DNA of 64,000 nt, from NCBI GenBank assembly GCA_040954595.2, contig CM082587.2, forward strand, positions 5,196,206 to 5,260,205, written 5' to 3'. Position numbers and translations under genes: made by a program. Under the pieces are notes generated by a model. It was given only the letters and a program-made list of their open reading frames with translations, had not been told where the DNA came from and ran no database searches. The number at the start of each line of letters is the position of its first letter. Position 1 is the first letter of the stretch. Shown here one piece after another: positions 1 through 12,682 of this stretch. Source of the DNA: Balanoglossus misakiensis. Lineage: Eukaryota; Animalia; Hemichordata.

Positions 1-218
1 ACTGTTATTGTTGACAAATGAATTCTAGTCCGGACTTGAATTCAAAATTTTGCACAATAAAATCGTTAACTATATATATATAAGTTAATTTAAATAAGCT
101 GGATACTGATCATGTCATCATGCTTCAGGGATTTGAACAAGAAACTGCAGTGGTAAGATAGACAAAACAAAATTACAGAACAGAGGGAAAAGTTACAGCT
201 AATGGAGCTTTAACTCAC

Positions 219-3202
219 ACACATGAGAGGCTCCTCCATCATTCTTCCCAAATACTTCTTCTTCTGTTCCTCATTGCCAGCCAGAATGACTGGCATTTGC
301 TGCAAAAAGTCAAATCAAATCAAATCGATTCATCATTATTAGACTCTGCGATGGCAAATGGCCGACCCAACGAAACTGACATTCTCGGTGAAATGAATAG
401 TGTTTTTTATACCACTTATAGCTCAACAGGTGACTTACCCCGAGCGAGTTGGCTTCAATGGCAGTCTGTACACCTGTGCATCCATAGGCTAATTCCTCGG
501 TTACTATGCACGCATCCAAGATGCCCAATTCGGGTCCACCTGGATAAAATACAACAAAAGCCACTTAACCCTGGTCCTGATAATAATGGAGGAACACATC
601 AATCTTTTGCAAAAAACACCGACTATCAAATTGTTTTGCTCTGGGACAAGTACGAACTTGTTTGGACATGGATTGGAGAGGAGAGTGAAAATAACTGCAG
701 CCGGGAGGTTGTTACCAAATACATTGTTTGCTGTTTGTCGTCAGATGTAATACTTTCAGCACGAATGTGGACCCAGTCTCCCGTTTACACAGTCATGCAT
801 GCACGGTTGGGCTAAAGGTCGCCTTTTGGGCCATAATAATTTCAAGGTTATCTCAAATGTCAGGCTTTATTGGGCACTGACAGCACCCTCGCTGGTGGGC
901 ATATATTCAAACACACTTAGGGAGTGCTCTTCGCCGATTTCAGACCACTTAGACACCTGAACATGTGCTGTATTTCTCCTGGTGCGAACCCATCTCCATT
1001 CAGGATGTATATTTACAACACAGGTGAAGAATGATACAGGCACTCACCGCAGTTGGCCGGAATATGGGTATTCATCAGTCCGAGCTCCCATGCTTTGGTG
1101 ATAATGTCCATGGGGTACTGAAAAAGAAGGACCACACACTCTTGAGATTCTACATAGCATAACCCTTTTGTTACAACGGTTTGGTCCAAATCCATTATTT
1201 TCTATGTTTAAGTGTTTATTTTGTTATGCTATGCTGTCAGAAATTCCTGAGTAGAACACTGACACTGTCAAGAAAGATAAAATCGCTGCTAACAGTAAAG
1301 TTTTCTTGATTAAAAACATAGTGTAATCTGTAGACATGTTGATATTTCTCAAAAGTTACCTCTCCCGATTTGTCATAGTCTGCAGCTTTTGGGATAATTT
1401 CTTCTCTTGCGAATTTCCGGGCCAGCTGTTGGTATTCCTTCTGGTCAGGTGTCAGCTCTGGTGATGGCAAAACAGAATGAAAAGATGATGATCAAGTTTT
1501 ACACTGACACTTGTTTTGATGTACTGTATTGACCACTGTCAGAGGATTTGTCATAAAATGCTTGAATTCTTCAAAATCCAATATTTCTCATCGTTTTTTT
1601 TTTACTTTTCAGTCACAGTTTCTGGATCTGGAGGCAAATTTTGTGCCTCACCGTGCTGTATAGGAAGTGGAAAATGATGATGATACGCAGAACAAAAAAA
1701 TGTATTCAAGTCCAAACAAGTTATTATTCACTTTAATACAATTACATGTACAACCTAATGGGTTACTTGTTGTATCATGCACCAGCCTAACATGGATTAT
1801 TCATTTCATATTTGTCATCAACAATTTTTGCATCACATTTTTTCTTTTTTTAATTGTAGTTACTGAACCATGGTGGCATATTGTCACAGCTGTTGAACAC
1901 TAGAAAGACGCCATAGCAAGGGAAAAAATCTGCGAATCACACAATAACGTACCAAAACTGAGACCAGCTGTTGAATTCCCCGAATCAGGCTCTGCCCCCG
2001 GGTTGGGTACGGTGGACAATGCCCTGGTGTTGAACTTGGAGGAGCTTCCCACTAATCTCTGCAAAATGATAAGGAACACATCATGATTTAGCCACTCGGC
2101 ATGTCTCGTGCACGAGTGAGGCGTGATGTACTCGCCTTGTCAAGCCACTGAACCAAGACGGCCCAGGGAAAACAGGTCACATTGGCTATCAGTATCAGGT
2201 GGTGATAAAACCCGCCAGAGTACCACTTATAAAAGCTATAATAATCCGGGCACAGGCGCTTGTCAATGTCACGTTGTGTTGATTATACTAGTCATATTTC
2301 ATATGTGGAATGTCTAAAATTTTGACTACAATAGAAAATAAAGCCAGGTTCGAAAACAAAAGACAAGTGAAGGTGAAGGTGAAGGCAATGGACGTGTGAA
2401 TGAAATGCAACTAGGGTATACAGATTTGGGGGGTGTGTACACAAACTAGCTGTTTGTAATAAGATCGATATGAAACCATTGTCTCGGTTCAGTCCCATAT
2501 TCACACTGACTTCATTTTGTACAGAAGACCAGCATGGCTACAGTACTATTTGCCTGTTCAATAAAAGACATTCCACATGACTGCATGTTCACAAAAATGT
2601 GACGAACAGAAGGCCTGTGGATAATCGTCCACTTTCGCTGGCATTGCCCCAGCTCTGCGTGGCAGGGCTGTGTGTTGTTAAATGGTCAGTATTACCATGG
2701 AGGTACATGTACCACTCTTAGTACCTCCATGGTATTACGCAATGTGAAGGCGCAGCTACTAGTAGTTGAGGCTTATGTCAACTCCAATGACATAACAGAA
2801 CACGTACGCCATTGACATTGCCATACTGAAGGCTATTGCTGCACCCTCAAGCCACAATAATTGACAAGATTAGCATAACGCACTTCCAACGAAAGCTTCG
2901 TCGATAAAAGAGCTTGATGTACCGCTTGATGTGATTACTTCTTTTACGAATTCGTCACCATTTGCCACATCCAACGAACAACATGATAACGAATCCGGAA
3001 TCTATTCTTGTTCACGGGCGAAGTTCATCATCCAACGCAGTCGATGACGGTGACCGTGCAGCGATGTGCGATTTTCACAATAAAATTCGTCCGCAAAACA
3101 GAACCATGTACCACTTAGTATTAATAAATGTCTTGTTAAACAGAAAAGCAAAGCAATTACCTTGATCGAAGCCACAGATCGCAGAAAGTTTCGTCCAGAC
3201 AT
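219..3202 (-). CDS. ACADM: Medium-chain acyl-CoA dehydrogenase, first 6 coding exons (gene continues off the left edge)
   Basis: GT-AG exons 3161-3202 ([14 protein letters not shown], mitochondrial presequence-like), 1953-2058, 1360-1457 ([33 protein letters not shown]), 1048-1117 ([20 protein letters not shown]), 439-539 (GLGI-like...[20 protein letters not shown]), 219-299 ([20 protein letters not shown]). Phases join in frame. Exon sizes 98/70/101/81 nt match the human ACADM exons as I recall them. Confidence 0.95.
2695..2732. mobile_element. 38-bp hairpin insertion with 5-bp target-site duplication
   Basis: Perfect 12-bp inverted repeat CCATGGAGGTAC...GTACCTCCATGG, flanked by TATTA on both sides (2690-94, 2733-37). 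Confidence 0.5.
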
Positions 3203-3892
3203 TGTGCACGTATTTATGCGGCACCCTCAATACAGTTATATGGCAGAGAAGTTTCTTTTCCACAACACAGGGGGCGCCCTCGAAAGTCGGTTGTTAATTT
3301 CAGGGGGGGGGGAGTCTTGGCGTGTGCAGGGCGTGTGAATTTACAGTCTGTATGTGCATGCTAAATTACTAACGAATGTTTTGTGACCCCCACCCTTATC
3401 TGTGTTAAATTTGTGATGCAGTGTTTGATCTTCAATCATTCCAGGTGATTGTCTGAAGCAGAGACATGTCCATAACTGACCACAGCTGCAGCTGGTCAGT
3501 GCATGGTCAGTGCAGTGCAGTGCAACGTGGAGGGATGTCCTACCCACTATCGCTAGCAACCTGCCTTTGAGACACTAGTTGCATCAAAATCGCTGATCTT
3601 CTTTCGTTTCTTTGTGTATTAATCGCGGTCGACGCCAGTAGATGGCGATATTCACAGTAAAACATCCTTGTCGACTTGAGTAAACTTGCAGTAGATAGAT
3701 ATACATGATATAGATGCAGCAATCAGAAGCCAATCAGCTTTCACTGGCTTGTGTCACGTGACAATGATAAGCAGCTGACGCTGTTCAAGGCTGCGCCTGA
3801 AAATATTTACATTGGGAAGCGTCATTAAAGTGTACATGTAGTTGTGTTAAAACGGGATATACTGCAACTGTCAGTTCGTAAGTGCTCTAACC
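3203..3892. promoter_or_regulatory. Putative bidirectional promoter between ACADM and SLC44A, with CCAAT box (~3730) and palindromic E-box TGTCACGTGACA (3752-3763)
   Basis: The divergent ATGs at 3202 (-) and 3893 (+) are only 690 bp apart, and the motifs are read directly from the sequence. Promoter activity is inferred. Confidence 0.55.
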
Positions 3893-6800
3893 ATGGTCGG
3901 CAAGAAAAGACCGCCCAAAGACGGCGAAGCAGACGAAACCGATTTTTCGGCCCCGGCTGCTGTACCGGACGAATCAAACAAATCAAAATATGGTGAGTAT
4001 GTACACACACAGTCACTCCCCTAATCTCAACCCATGGTCGGCCGATCGCGATCGGCTGACACATGTAACAGCACCGCAAACATCGCAGCGTTGAATCCGT
4101 TTCCTCGTGGATAGATGTAACAGGTTTTCTATGAAAAGGTGTATAATGTTAACTGTTGCGGAAGTGAGTAGCCTTTTCTCACTGCGTAGGAATAGTTTAG
4201 ATATGATGCATGCGGGCGCGGACGTACGGACGCGGGCGCGCGCGTTCACCTGTGTGGCCGCAAAAAAACGAAAGTGATCCGCGCATGTGTGTAGATTTTG
4301 TTGTCAAAGAGAAACACGGAAGCAATCGTGGGTTAAACACATTTAAAAGAGTGGTGTTCTTATTTTATTTTTAATCAGGGCATGAACCATGTTTCTCGTT
4401 ATATATACAGTGTAGAGAAAAGCCTAGTGTATACCTTTATGATAATTATTTTAGACGCCATAATCATGACAATGTTGAACCGGTTGTTTTAAAAGTGCCA
4501 CACCTAACCTGTTACGTAAGAGACTAAAATCCCCCGAGAATACGTCAGTCCACTGCCACCGGCGTCAGCATTTTTTCACCAGTGGTTTTCAGTGGACAAA
4601 AGCATTTACTAAAGTTTATCTCAAAAAATAGGCACAGTGCAGCTGTGGAAACACATCTGTATCATGGGGGGGGGGGGGGGGGTATGTAGGTGGGGTAATT
4701 AGCATACCCCCCAAAGTACAGCTGCGTTTCCACGGCTACAGTGCACCATACCATTTTATTTTATAACTTATGAATTTAGTTTCTTTTCACATGGCTTTGT
4801 ACATAAATGAATATGATAGTAGTAGGATTGGGTTTCTAGCAATTCTCAATGTACTAGGTTCTTGTATTATTTTCATATAATTATTAAAATCATAATTCTT
4901 CACAATTCAGTGGGAAACATAACGTCGTAGAGTTGTGAGCGACCTGCCTATGCAGTTGTGCATAAAAGAGGCAGTTTAGTTTTCCGGAATGTTCATTTCT
5001 GGTCAAACAACCACTGACTGTAATATATTTAAAGGGAAATGATGAATGGTTTTGCCGCCAAGATGTCATAATGCCTGACATATGGAGTCCATATTGCAGG
5101 TTCGTAAACTGTTTGCTCTGTCTGTAAAGATCCTGATGATTTCAAGTTTTAGCAATTCCAATGTTGGGCCAATTGCTTGTTGTGTTCAGTTTTTAATTTC
5201 CCTAAGGAATCCAAATGATTTTCGATGGTACAGTTTTGTTATCATGGTTCAAAAGTATTTCAATTATTGGCTTGATTTAATGCAAGCATGTAACAGGACA
5301 CAGACAGGTTGTTTACACCATGTAAATAAGAGCTGTGAGTCATTGATTGGTGGTAGTTTGTTTGGTCAGGGCAGCACCATCATTGCCATTGCTCCAAAGC
5401 ATATTTATTTAATCATAAACACAAGCAATTAACAGCACTGGTGGATCAATATTGTCAGCACAGAAAACAATCAATTTATACCATTGTTACTTCTGAAATA
5501 CAAGCACTGGCATTTCGTATATAAAGATAGGCGTCTCTGATGGAACGTGTACAAGTATCAGTACCCTTTCACCCCCAGTTCTTAAAAAGACAATTTCATG
5601 TTGGGCCAATTCCTTGAGTGGGACTTGTTCTAAAAATAACCTTTGGGTAAAGGTACACTGATAAACCCACCCTCTATGATATATCGTGGTATATTGACAT
5701 ACATATTAGTAGCAAAACAAGTGATGAAAATATGTACAAATGTAGCTTTGGAATTATTAAGTGGCATCCATCACTACATGTAAGTGGGGATTGCTGCTAT
5801 AAATTAAATTCTGATACAGCTGCTTCACACAAACACACACTGACACACACAAAGTATTTTACCACTGTGTTTATGGTGCTAGTCTGCAATCTAGTCCGTG
5901 TTTTCGGGTTATCTGCAGACCAGTAACATTAACCACATGTATACAACCGCACCCAAAATGATGGGAGCATTGGTTTCATATTTCCATCATTGAGAATGAT
6001 TTATGATACAAACTAAAATAAGTGACCATCGGTGCCTGTGATTCGCCATTTTCTGTTCACAGAAACTGGGACAGACATTGGAATTGAGATTTATTGTGCT
6101 GGGTCAGGGTATAAACCCAGCAGTTTACTTTTATATCACAAACAGTGTTGTTACATGTACTTGTATGGACTGTTTTTTTCCATTCTTGACTACATTTCAT
6201 ACATTTGAAATTTAATAAATACTGGTAGTACTATGACATTCTTTCATTGTGATGATTAAACCGGCCACAGTTGTAAAATCCAAAGATTGAGAGGTCATCA
6301 ATGTTTGTGTTACTGTACCATGTTTACACACACAAGTTTTTGTTGCAGAAAGATATAGTGAGAGAGAGGTCGATGTTGAAGTTTCAAAAATACAGCTTTA
6401 CAGTATTCTAGACTTATATTCTCTTTCATTCGTATGATCTTTCATACACAGCTGACCCAGCACTTCTCGCAACAGAAAGATTTATGTTATTGTTATACAT
6501 ATTTCTATGTATTTTTATGGGCAGTTCCACATGGTAATGATAACATGTTCGAAAAAATCTATAAAGCAAACATCTATCTTGACAGTTGAATCACGATTTA
6601 TTATCATCGTGTCGATGTCAGTCACCAAAAAACTAAAAACTAAAACATTGAATCATTTATAGCTATGAAAAGAGTGTACGGATGGGAGTGTATTGCCTTC
6701 AGGATAGGATTTCCCTTTTGGAATAAGTTGCTATTTCCTTAATCCTGTTTGCAAAAAAAAATACAATATACCGGTGCACTGTAAAATATCCTGCGGGATG

Positions 6801-9800
6801 TGTGTAATTTCTTTTTGACAGTAAAATGTTTTTTATTCGAACGTGCCTTCCCTGGATTCTGTACTCAGTTTCACAAAATAGGAGAATGGTAAACTAGCTG
6901 CCAATGGGTCTTATTAATATCTACGTGACCATAATCATTTACAGTGTTTCCACCCTCACAACATTTAACTCAAGGAGTGTTGCTTTTATCCCAGTGACAG
7001 ATGTACATTAAAAAAAAAATATTGCAAATAAAAGCTGGTCGACAGATAGAAAAAATGCAAGCATGAAATCGTTATGTGCATACTGTGTTAATGTACCATA
7101 CTTCCCCAGGGTCCATGGCTGTACTGAAAATTTAGTTCACGGCTGGCAAATTTCCTCATCAGTATTCTCGACAAACACTGAAAGTCGTTCATCTTTTTTT
7201 CCCAGTGACCTATTTTCCCAGCCTGCTCAGTCAGGTAGAAACATACTAACATAAAATAGCAACATTGGACATGAAGCAATATGTGCAGATAAGGGTGTAA
7301 TATTTCTCATACACTTGAATTGACAGCTGAGCCTGCAGTAATAATTAACAATTGATTACAGTGGCATGTCGTTTATATACTACAGTCTCTCAGCTGACAT
7401 CACAAATAATTGGCATATTATCTATGCCACATAACTGGGACTTAAATTGTATGAAATATCATTTGGCGCAGTGTTGCGTATAATACGTCCATGGTCTGAC
7501 TGTGAAGCCTTCAATTTTTGTTGTTGTACATTAATTGAACAAACAACTCAGTTCCCTAACCACACACAGCCACACTAAATAACACTTGTCATTGTGTACA
7601 GGGAAACCTGTCTATTAAGGACACCTCTGGGACCAGAAAAACTGTCCTTAATAGAGAGGTGTCCTGATTAGAGAGGTCTCTGTAATGACAGGTTTCACTG
7701 TATTGTGGATGGTGACCTCGGTTGGGTATGAGGTCAGAGATCAGTAAACATAAAAGGATGTAAATGACGACATTCATAATGGTTGGCATGTGTAAACAGA
7801 GTTGAACTTGGCAATGGCATTGGTGCAGTGACTGGGGCACTGCGAGATCAACAAGGCTGTAAAACCTAAAATTGGTCATCTTCCTTCCCAAGGACAGTGA
7901 AAATTTGCTCGAGATTACCCAGGATTGTAGAAGAACATTGCATATCTTTGAAACCCATCATGCAGGTTTAGAAAGTGAAAGTGGTTTCAGAGTTCCCCTC
8001 TTTGGATCTGTACTCATCTAAAAATAGACGCTTCAAAATTCTGTCATAAAATGATAAACATCTCCTTTGGAGATGCGTTTATAATTCAAAAACGGAGGCT
8101 CAATTTTCACTGATATTACCAGTGAGTAATAGACTCTCCATATTCAGTCAGATGAATGCAGCCATGTCAATAACCTGCATGGGATCACATGACATTAACA
8201 ATTACATGTTGACTATCATATCTCCTTGGAAGACAGCCAGCCCCATTACATGAACATATGTATGTACATTTGTCTTATTCAGTTGGGTATTGGGGTAAAA
8301 ATGTATCATCCATTTCCTCATTTCCTGGTATCAAGACGTCACCACAATACTAAGTAAAGATTTGACGTCATTAGAGAGTCTGTTGTCCACTCAAGTGTGT
8401 GCTTTATTTACATTGTACTACATGTAGTGTCTAATGCCATGTTCATCTCATGTTCCTATCTATGTTTCTTCGTGTTATCTTATGTTTATTTTTTATTCTC
8501 TATTATTGTTACATGCTATTTCTCCACAAGTTTCTTTTAATTTTCTCTTTGTCTTCTAAACTATTTGTTTTGTTTCATTTGCCATATTTAATTTCATCCT
8601 GACATTGTCTATTAAATATGTAATTTTCTTGTTTCCACCAATAGGAGCTTTAGAAATGGATGAGGATAAGAAATATGGTAATTGCCTCTTTGGGAGGTCA
8701 AAGTTCATGCCATGCTCCAGCTATAATCTGGAATCTGGACTAGCATGGTTTTTTTCTAAGCCCAGTGAAAATAAAAAAAACACGCCAGTCTGGATCCCAG
8801 ACTACCTAAGCTATGGATTAATGGCAGTGAAATTCTCTCTATAAACTGCAAACGAAACAGAGTCATGCATGTATTGGTGTCGACCAAATATAAAATTATG
8901 GAAATATTTACATGTGTCCCACATTGACACGGTCCATGTACAGAGCATGTGTTAAATTTGAGCCGAACCGCGTCATTGAGCACATTTCAGTTTTAGCAGA
9001 ACAACTTAAATTATAGCCCAAAATGATGTGCAAATTTCATGTAAAAATGCACATCAAAATCCTTGGCATTTGAATGTGATTGTCAATTTCATGGGCAGCT
9101 GTAGGCCTCCTTGGTGCTGGTCTGTATTGTGGCATGCCCCTGTAGTAAATTATGGCTATTTTTGATCTGTCTTGAATCGGAGCTATGGTGTTTGGAATGG
9201 CTGGGTTGAATAGAGTCTCTTACAATGCGGGCTTGGGTGTCATTGTATGGGTGGGCTGGCATCGTAAGGGTGATGACTTGTATGTGCCGGTCTTCTTTAA
9301 AAGGACAAAGTCTCTCTCTTGCTGCCCTTTTCCCATTAATTATGTTTGATACAAAACACCATTGATGTTTGGCTACTTATTCATTTATTGCCGAAAATAA
9401 TTCTTCATTTACTCATTGAAGTAGGGGGGGGGGTCTTTTCAAAATTGCCTTGAAATTAAGACTTTCAAAATGGCCGCCAAATTTGAGGTTCAAAATGGCC
9501 GCCTATATCTGTGCTTAGTCTATGGCATTCAAAATGGCCGCCAAATTTAGAGACTTTGACAGTCTCTATGGTAAACATTATGGTGAAATTTTACTCATAG
9601 TTTAACCACACACACCTTCCATCCCACTTGTAGACACGAGAGTGAAAAACTCGCCAAAATGAATATTCGGTGTTTACCATTTATTCATTTTGGCAAGATT
9701 TTTACTCTCATATCCTACAAACGTGATGGTTGAATGTTGATTCACTATATATCCACATATGCACATATGTCCCTTTAAGTGGATTCAGTCTGTGGCAAAT

Positions 9801-12629
9801 TGACATCTTGGAAGGCTGTGTACATCCATGTAAAACTTCACCTATTTGACCTCCCTGTTTGACATATAAATCCATATAAATCCTGAGCTGAAACATTTCC
9901 ATTGCAACCTATGCCTTACTAATCATTAAAAAATTCTGCTCTGGGATGTGGGATAATATTTTCAATCTCCTGTCACGTGAAAATCTCAGCAGAAATTGTA
10001 CGCTCTCGGTATAAGTGGTGCCAACAACTAGGCTTATCTGACTGAAAGTAAAATCTCTTTAGGGTCTGCATTTAAAAACGGCTCTATCATCGCTGCAGTT
10101 TTCTGATAAGGATATAGTCTCAGTTTGAACCAGAAATCTACTTATTCGGTGACTTCGTGCAAAGTATCATGTTCTTTCCTTGTGATACTGTGTATGTGTG
10201 TCGTGAAACCATTTGCTCCATTGACCGGTGGTTGTTTTCCGGCGCCTAATAACCCAATTCTTTTGTTTGTTTTGTTCGAAACAGGTGAGCCGTTGAAATA
10301 CGATCCATCGTTCCACGGGCCGCTCACAAACCGGTGAGTCAAGATAGCTAGAAGATGGGCGTTGGTCTTTCAATTTCTTTCTAAACTATGCTGGTCATTT
10401 TGCTTTCATACCAACACAATGTACGACGCAGGTCATTTGCATGCGAAAGCATCAGTGAGCTAATCAGTAGTTTTTAACTCAAGCTAATTTTACAATTGTC
10501 TCTTTTTTTCCTTCCAGAGGCTGCACAGATATATTATGTTGCATTATATTTTTATTATTTATTTCTGGAATGTTTGTCGTAGGATACTTCGGTAAGTCTG
10601 TCAATGTGGGACAGTATTTGTAGGTTTTATTTTATAAAGAGATTGACTGACAACAGCAGATGAGTTGCTGAAGTTCCCAGATAATTATCACCTCTTGAAT
10701 GGACTGTGTTGTCAGAATTATACATTATATAATACTTGTATGGAATATTTATGCCCACAGGGTGGAGTAGAGGAGATCCAAACAAACTAATCTACCCGAC
10801 TGACACCCGAGGGCGGATATGTGGCTATGACAGTGGTCTGGAGTGAGTATTTAGACCAAACATGCATGCTACAATGAGTGTCGTACATTTGTGTATATTT
10901 TGGGTACTAATGAAAACGCAATATTCTTCACACTTTTAAATATTATTTTTTCTCTTTTTCAGGAACAAGACCCACCTCTTCTTCTTCGATCTTCTCGCAT
11001 GTGCAGACACAACAACGTTATTGGAACTAGCCTGCCCAACACCTCAGGTGTGTACATGTACAAGTTTCTTTGCCGTTAGAAACCGGCTAAATAGAAATGT
11101 TCACATGTGGTCCTCATAACCCAGGTCCAAACGTACCATAGAAAACAATGGGTTTGGACTGAACCATGGTTTGGAAAGGGTTAACTTGAGAGTGTGGTCT
11201 TTATTTCAGGTGTGTGTGAACACCTGTCCGCCAGAGACATGGGTCGGATATTATGAGCAGAAGGACCTTTTGTTTGCGCTTGCTGCGGAGACTGGAATTG
11301 ACCTTCCCAGTGACTGGTCTGACCTTATCAATATCGGTAGCAGCTACACCAAAGAACAGAGGATGAACGCTGCTAACAGCGTCGGTGATAAATTCTGGTC
11401 CAAGTTTATCTGTGATTATGATGTCGACCCCAAGGTGGAGTTCATTGAAAATGGCCTGGTGAGTTCATCTTTTCAATGTAACTTGACTCGACAGAATTTA
11501 TACTCCCAGGCAAAGTAATAACGGTGCTCGAAACACCAAATTCTACAGTATAAGAGAAAGTACAGGATCTTGTAGTTTTGCCATGGAAATATGTATGGAC
11601 CGGCACATGAAATAACCTGCATCTTTCTTTTGCAGACTCCATTTGCACTCTTTGAGATGGAGATGTGTGCCTCGTACTACGTCAAGAGCAAAGACTGTGA
11701 GTATATTTCTAATCGTATGTGTCACTGTGCGAAAAATGTGATAACCATCCCATGCAACTTTTTTGCCTTGGCCGCCTATTCATCTAAACATACAAGCGTT
11801 ATAATTACCTCTCTCCTCCTCTGACAGTATTTCAGAGGTGTCTGCCATCGTACATAGTTGACGCCGTTGGCAGTCTGGACGACGTGCTCACGGACATCAA
11901 CAACCAGACGTTGATCGATCCCAGGACCGGACAGAACATCACGGGATCTGACATTGGATTAGCCGAGACGTAAGTGAACAAGTCGCAGTTCGGTGGTAGT
12001 TGATAGTTTCTGTGTGCGTATTTGTAAATTGCGCTGGCGATGAGAATGTTTGGTGCCATTTTGGCTTTGAAAGGTACAAATGATCTGTTGGCTATCCTGC
12101 TCTTATAGTTTCACGTTGTTCTGTAATTACAGTTTCTGAATAAATGTGAATAAAATTTTGCAGAAATGGCTGTTTTTAGAGTATGTATTTATGTATGGTT
12201 TAAACTTTTGATGCTTGCCTATACCGTATGCTGTATGTTTTCAAACACTGCCATTTTCAATGCTACATGCACTTCTCTGTGCTTTTTCTTACAGAGCTCT
12301 GGCAGCCATCATCAACGCCCAGCAGTTGGCCGACAGACTCTTCCAAGATTTCCAAAAGTCATGGCATCTTATTCTGGGGTAAGCTTTTTTTTACCAAAAG
12401 CAAAGCCAGTTAAGCATGTTACAATTCATCTGCAATAGGATGTTTTCTAAACTTTACCTTGTTTTGTTTTGTTTGATTTTCAACAGGGCTCTGGTATTAT
12501 CATCCATTTTGTCATTCCTGTGGATTTTGGTCATGCGTTGGGTTGCTGGTGTCATGGTCTGGTTTGGAATTTTGGCCATGTTTGCACTTTTAGCGTTTGG
12601 TAAGCCATCTATTCAAATTTTGAGTGAGG

Positions 12630-12682
<53 letters not shown>

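Noticed and set aside
297-815. 172-aa + strand ORF and the many other 60-130-aa ORFs in introns and intergenic DNA
   Set aside because: No recognisable domains. They are antisense to real exons or chance ORFs, many with non-ATG starts.
4633-4660. CACAGTG resembling a V(D)J RSS heptamer or RAG-transposon end
   Set aside because: No nonamer at 12/23 spacing and no 5-bp TSD. Better explained as the end of a CACTG-type fold-back MITE.
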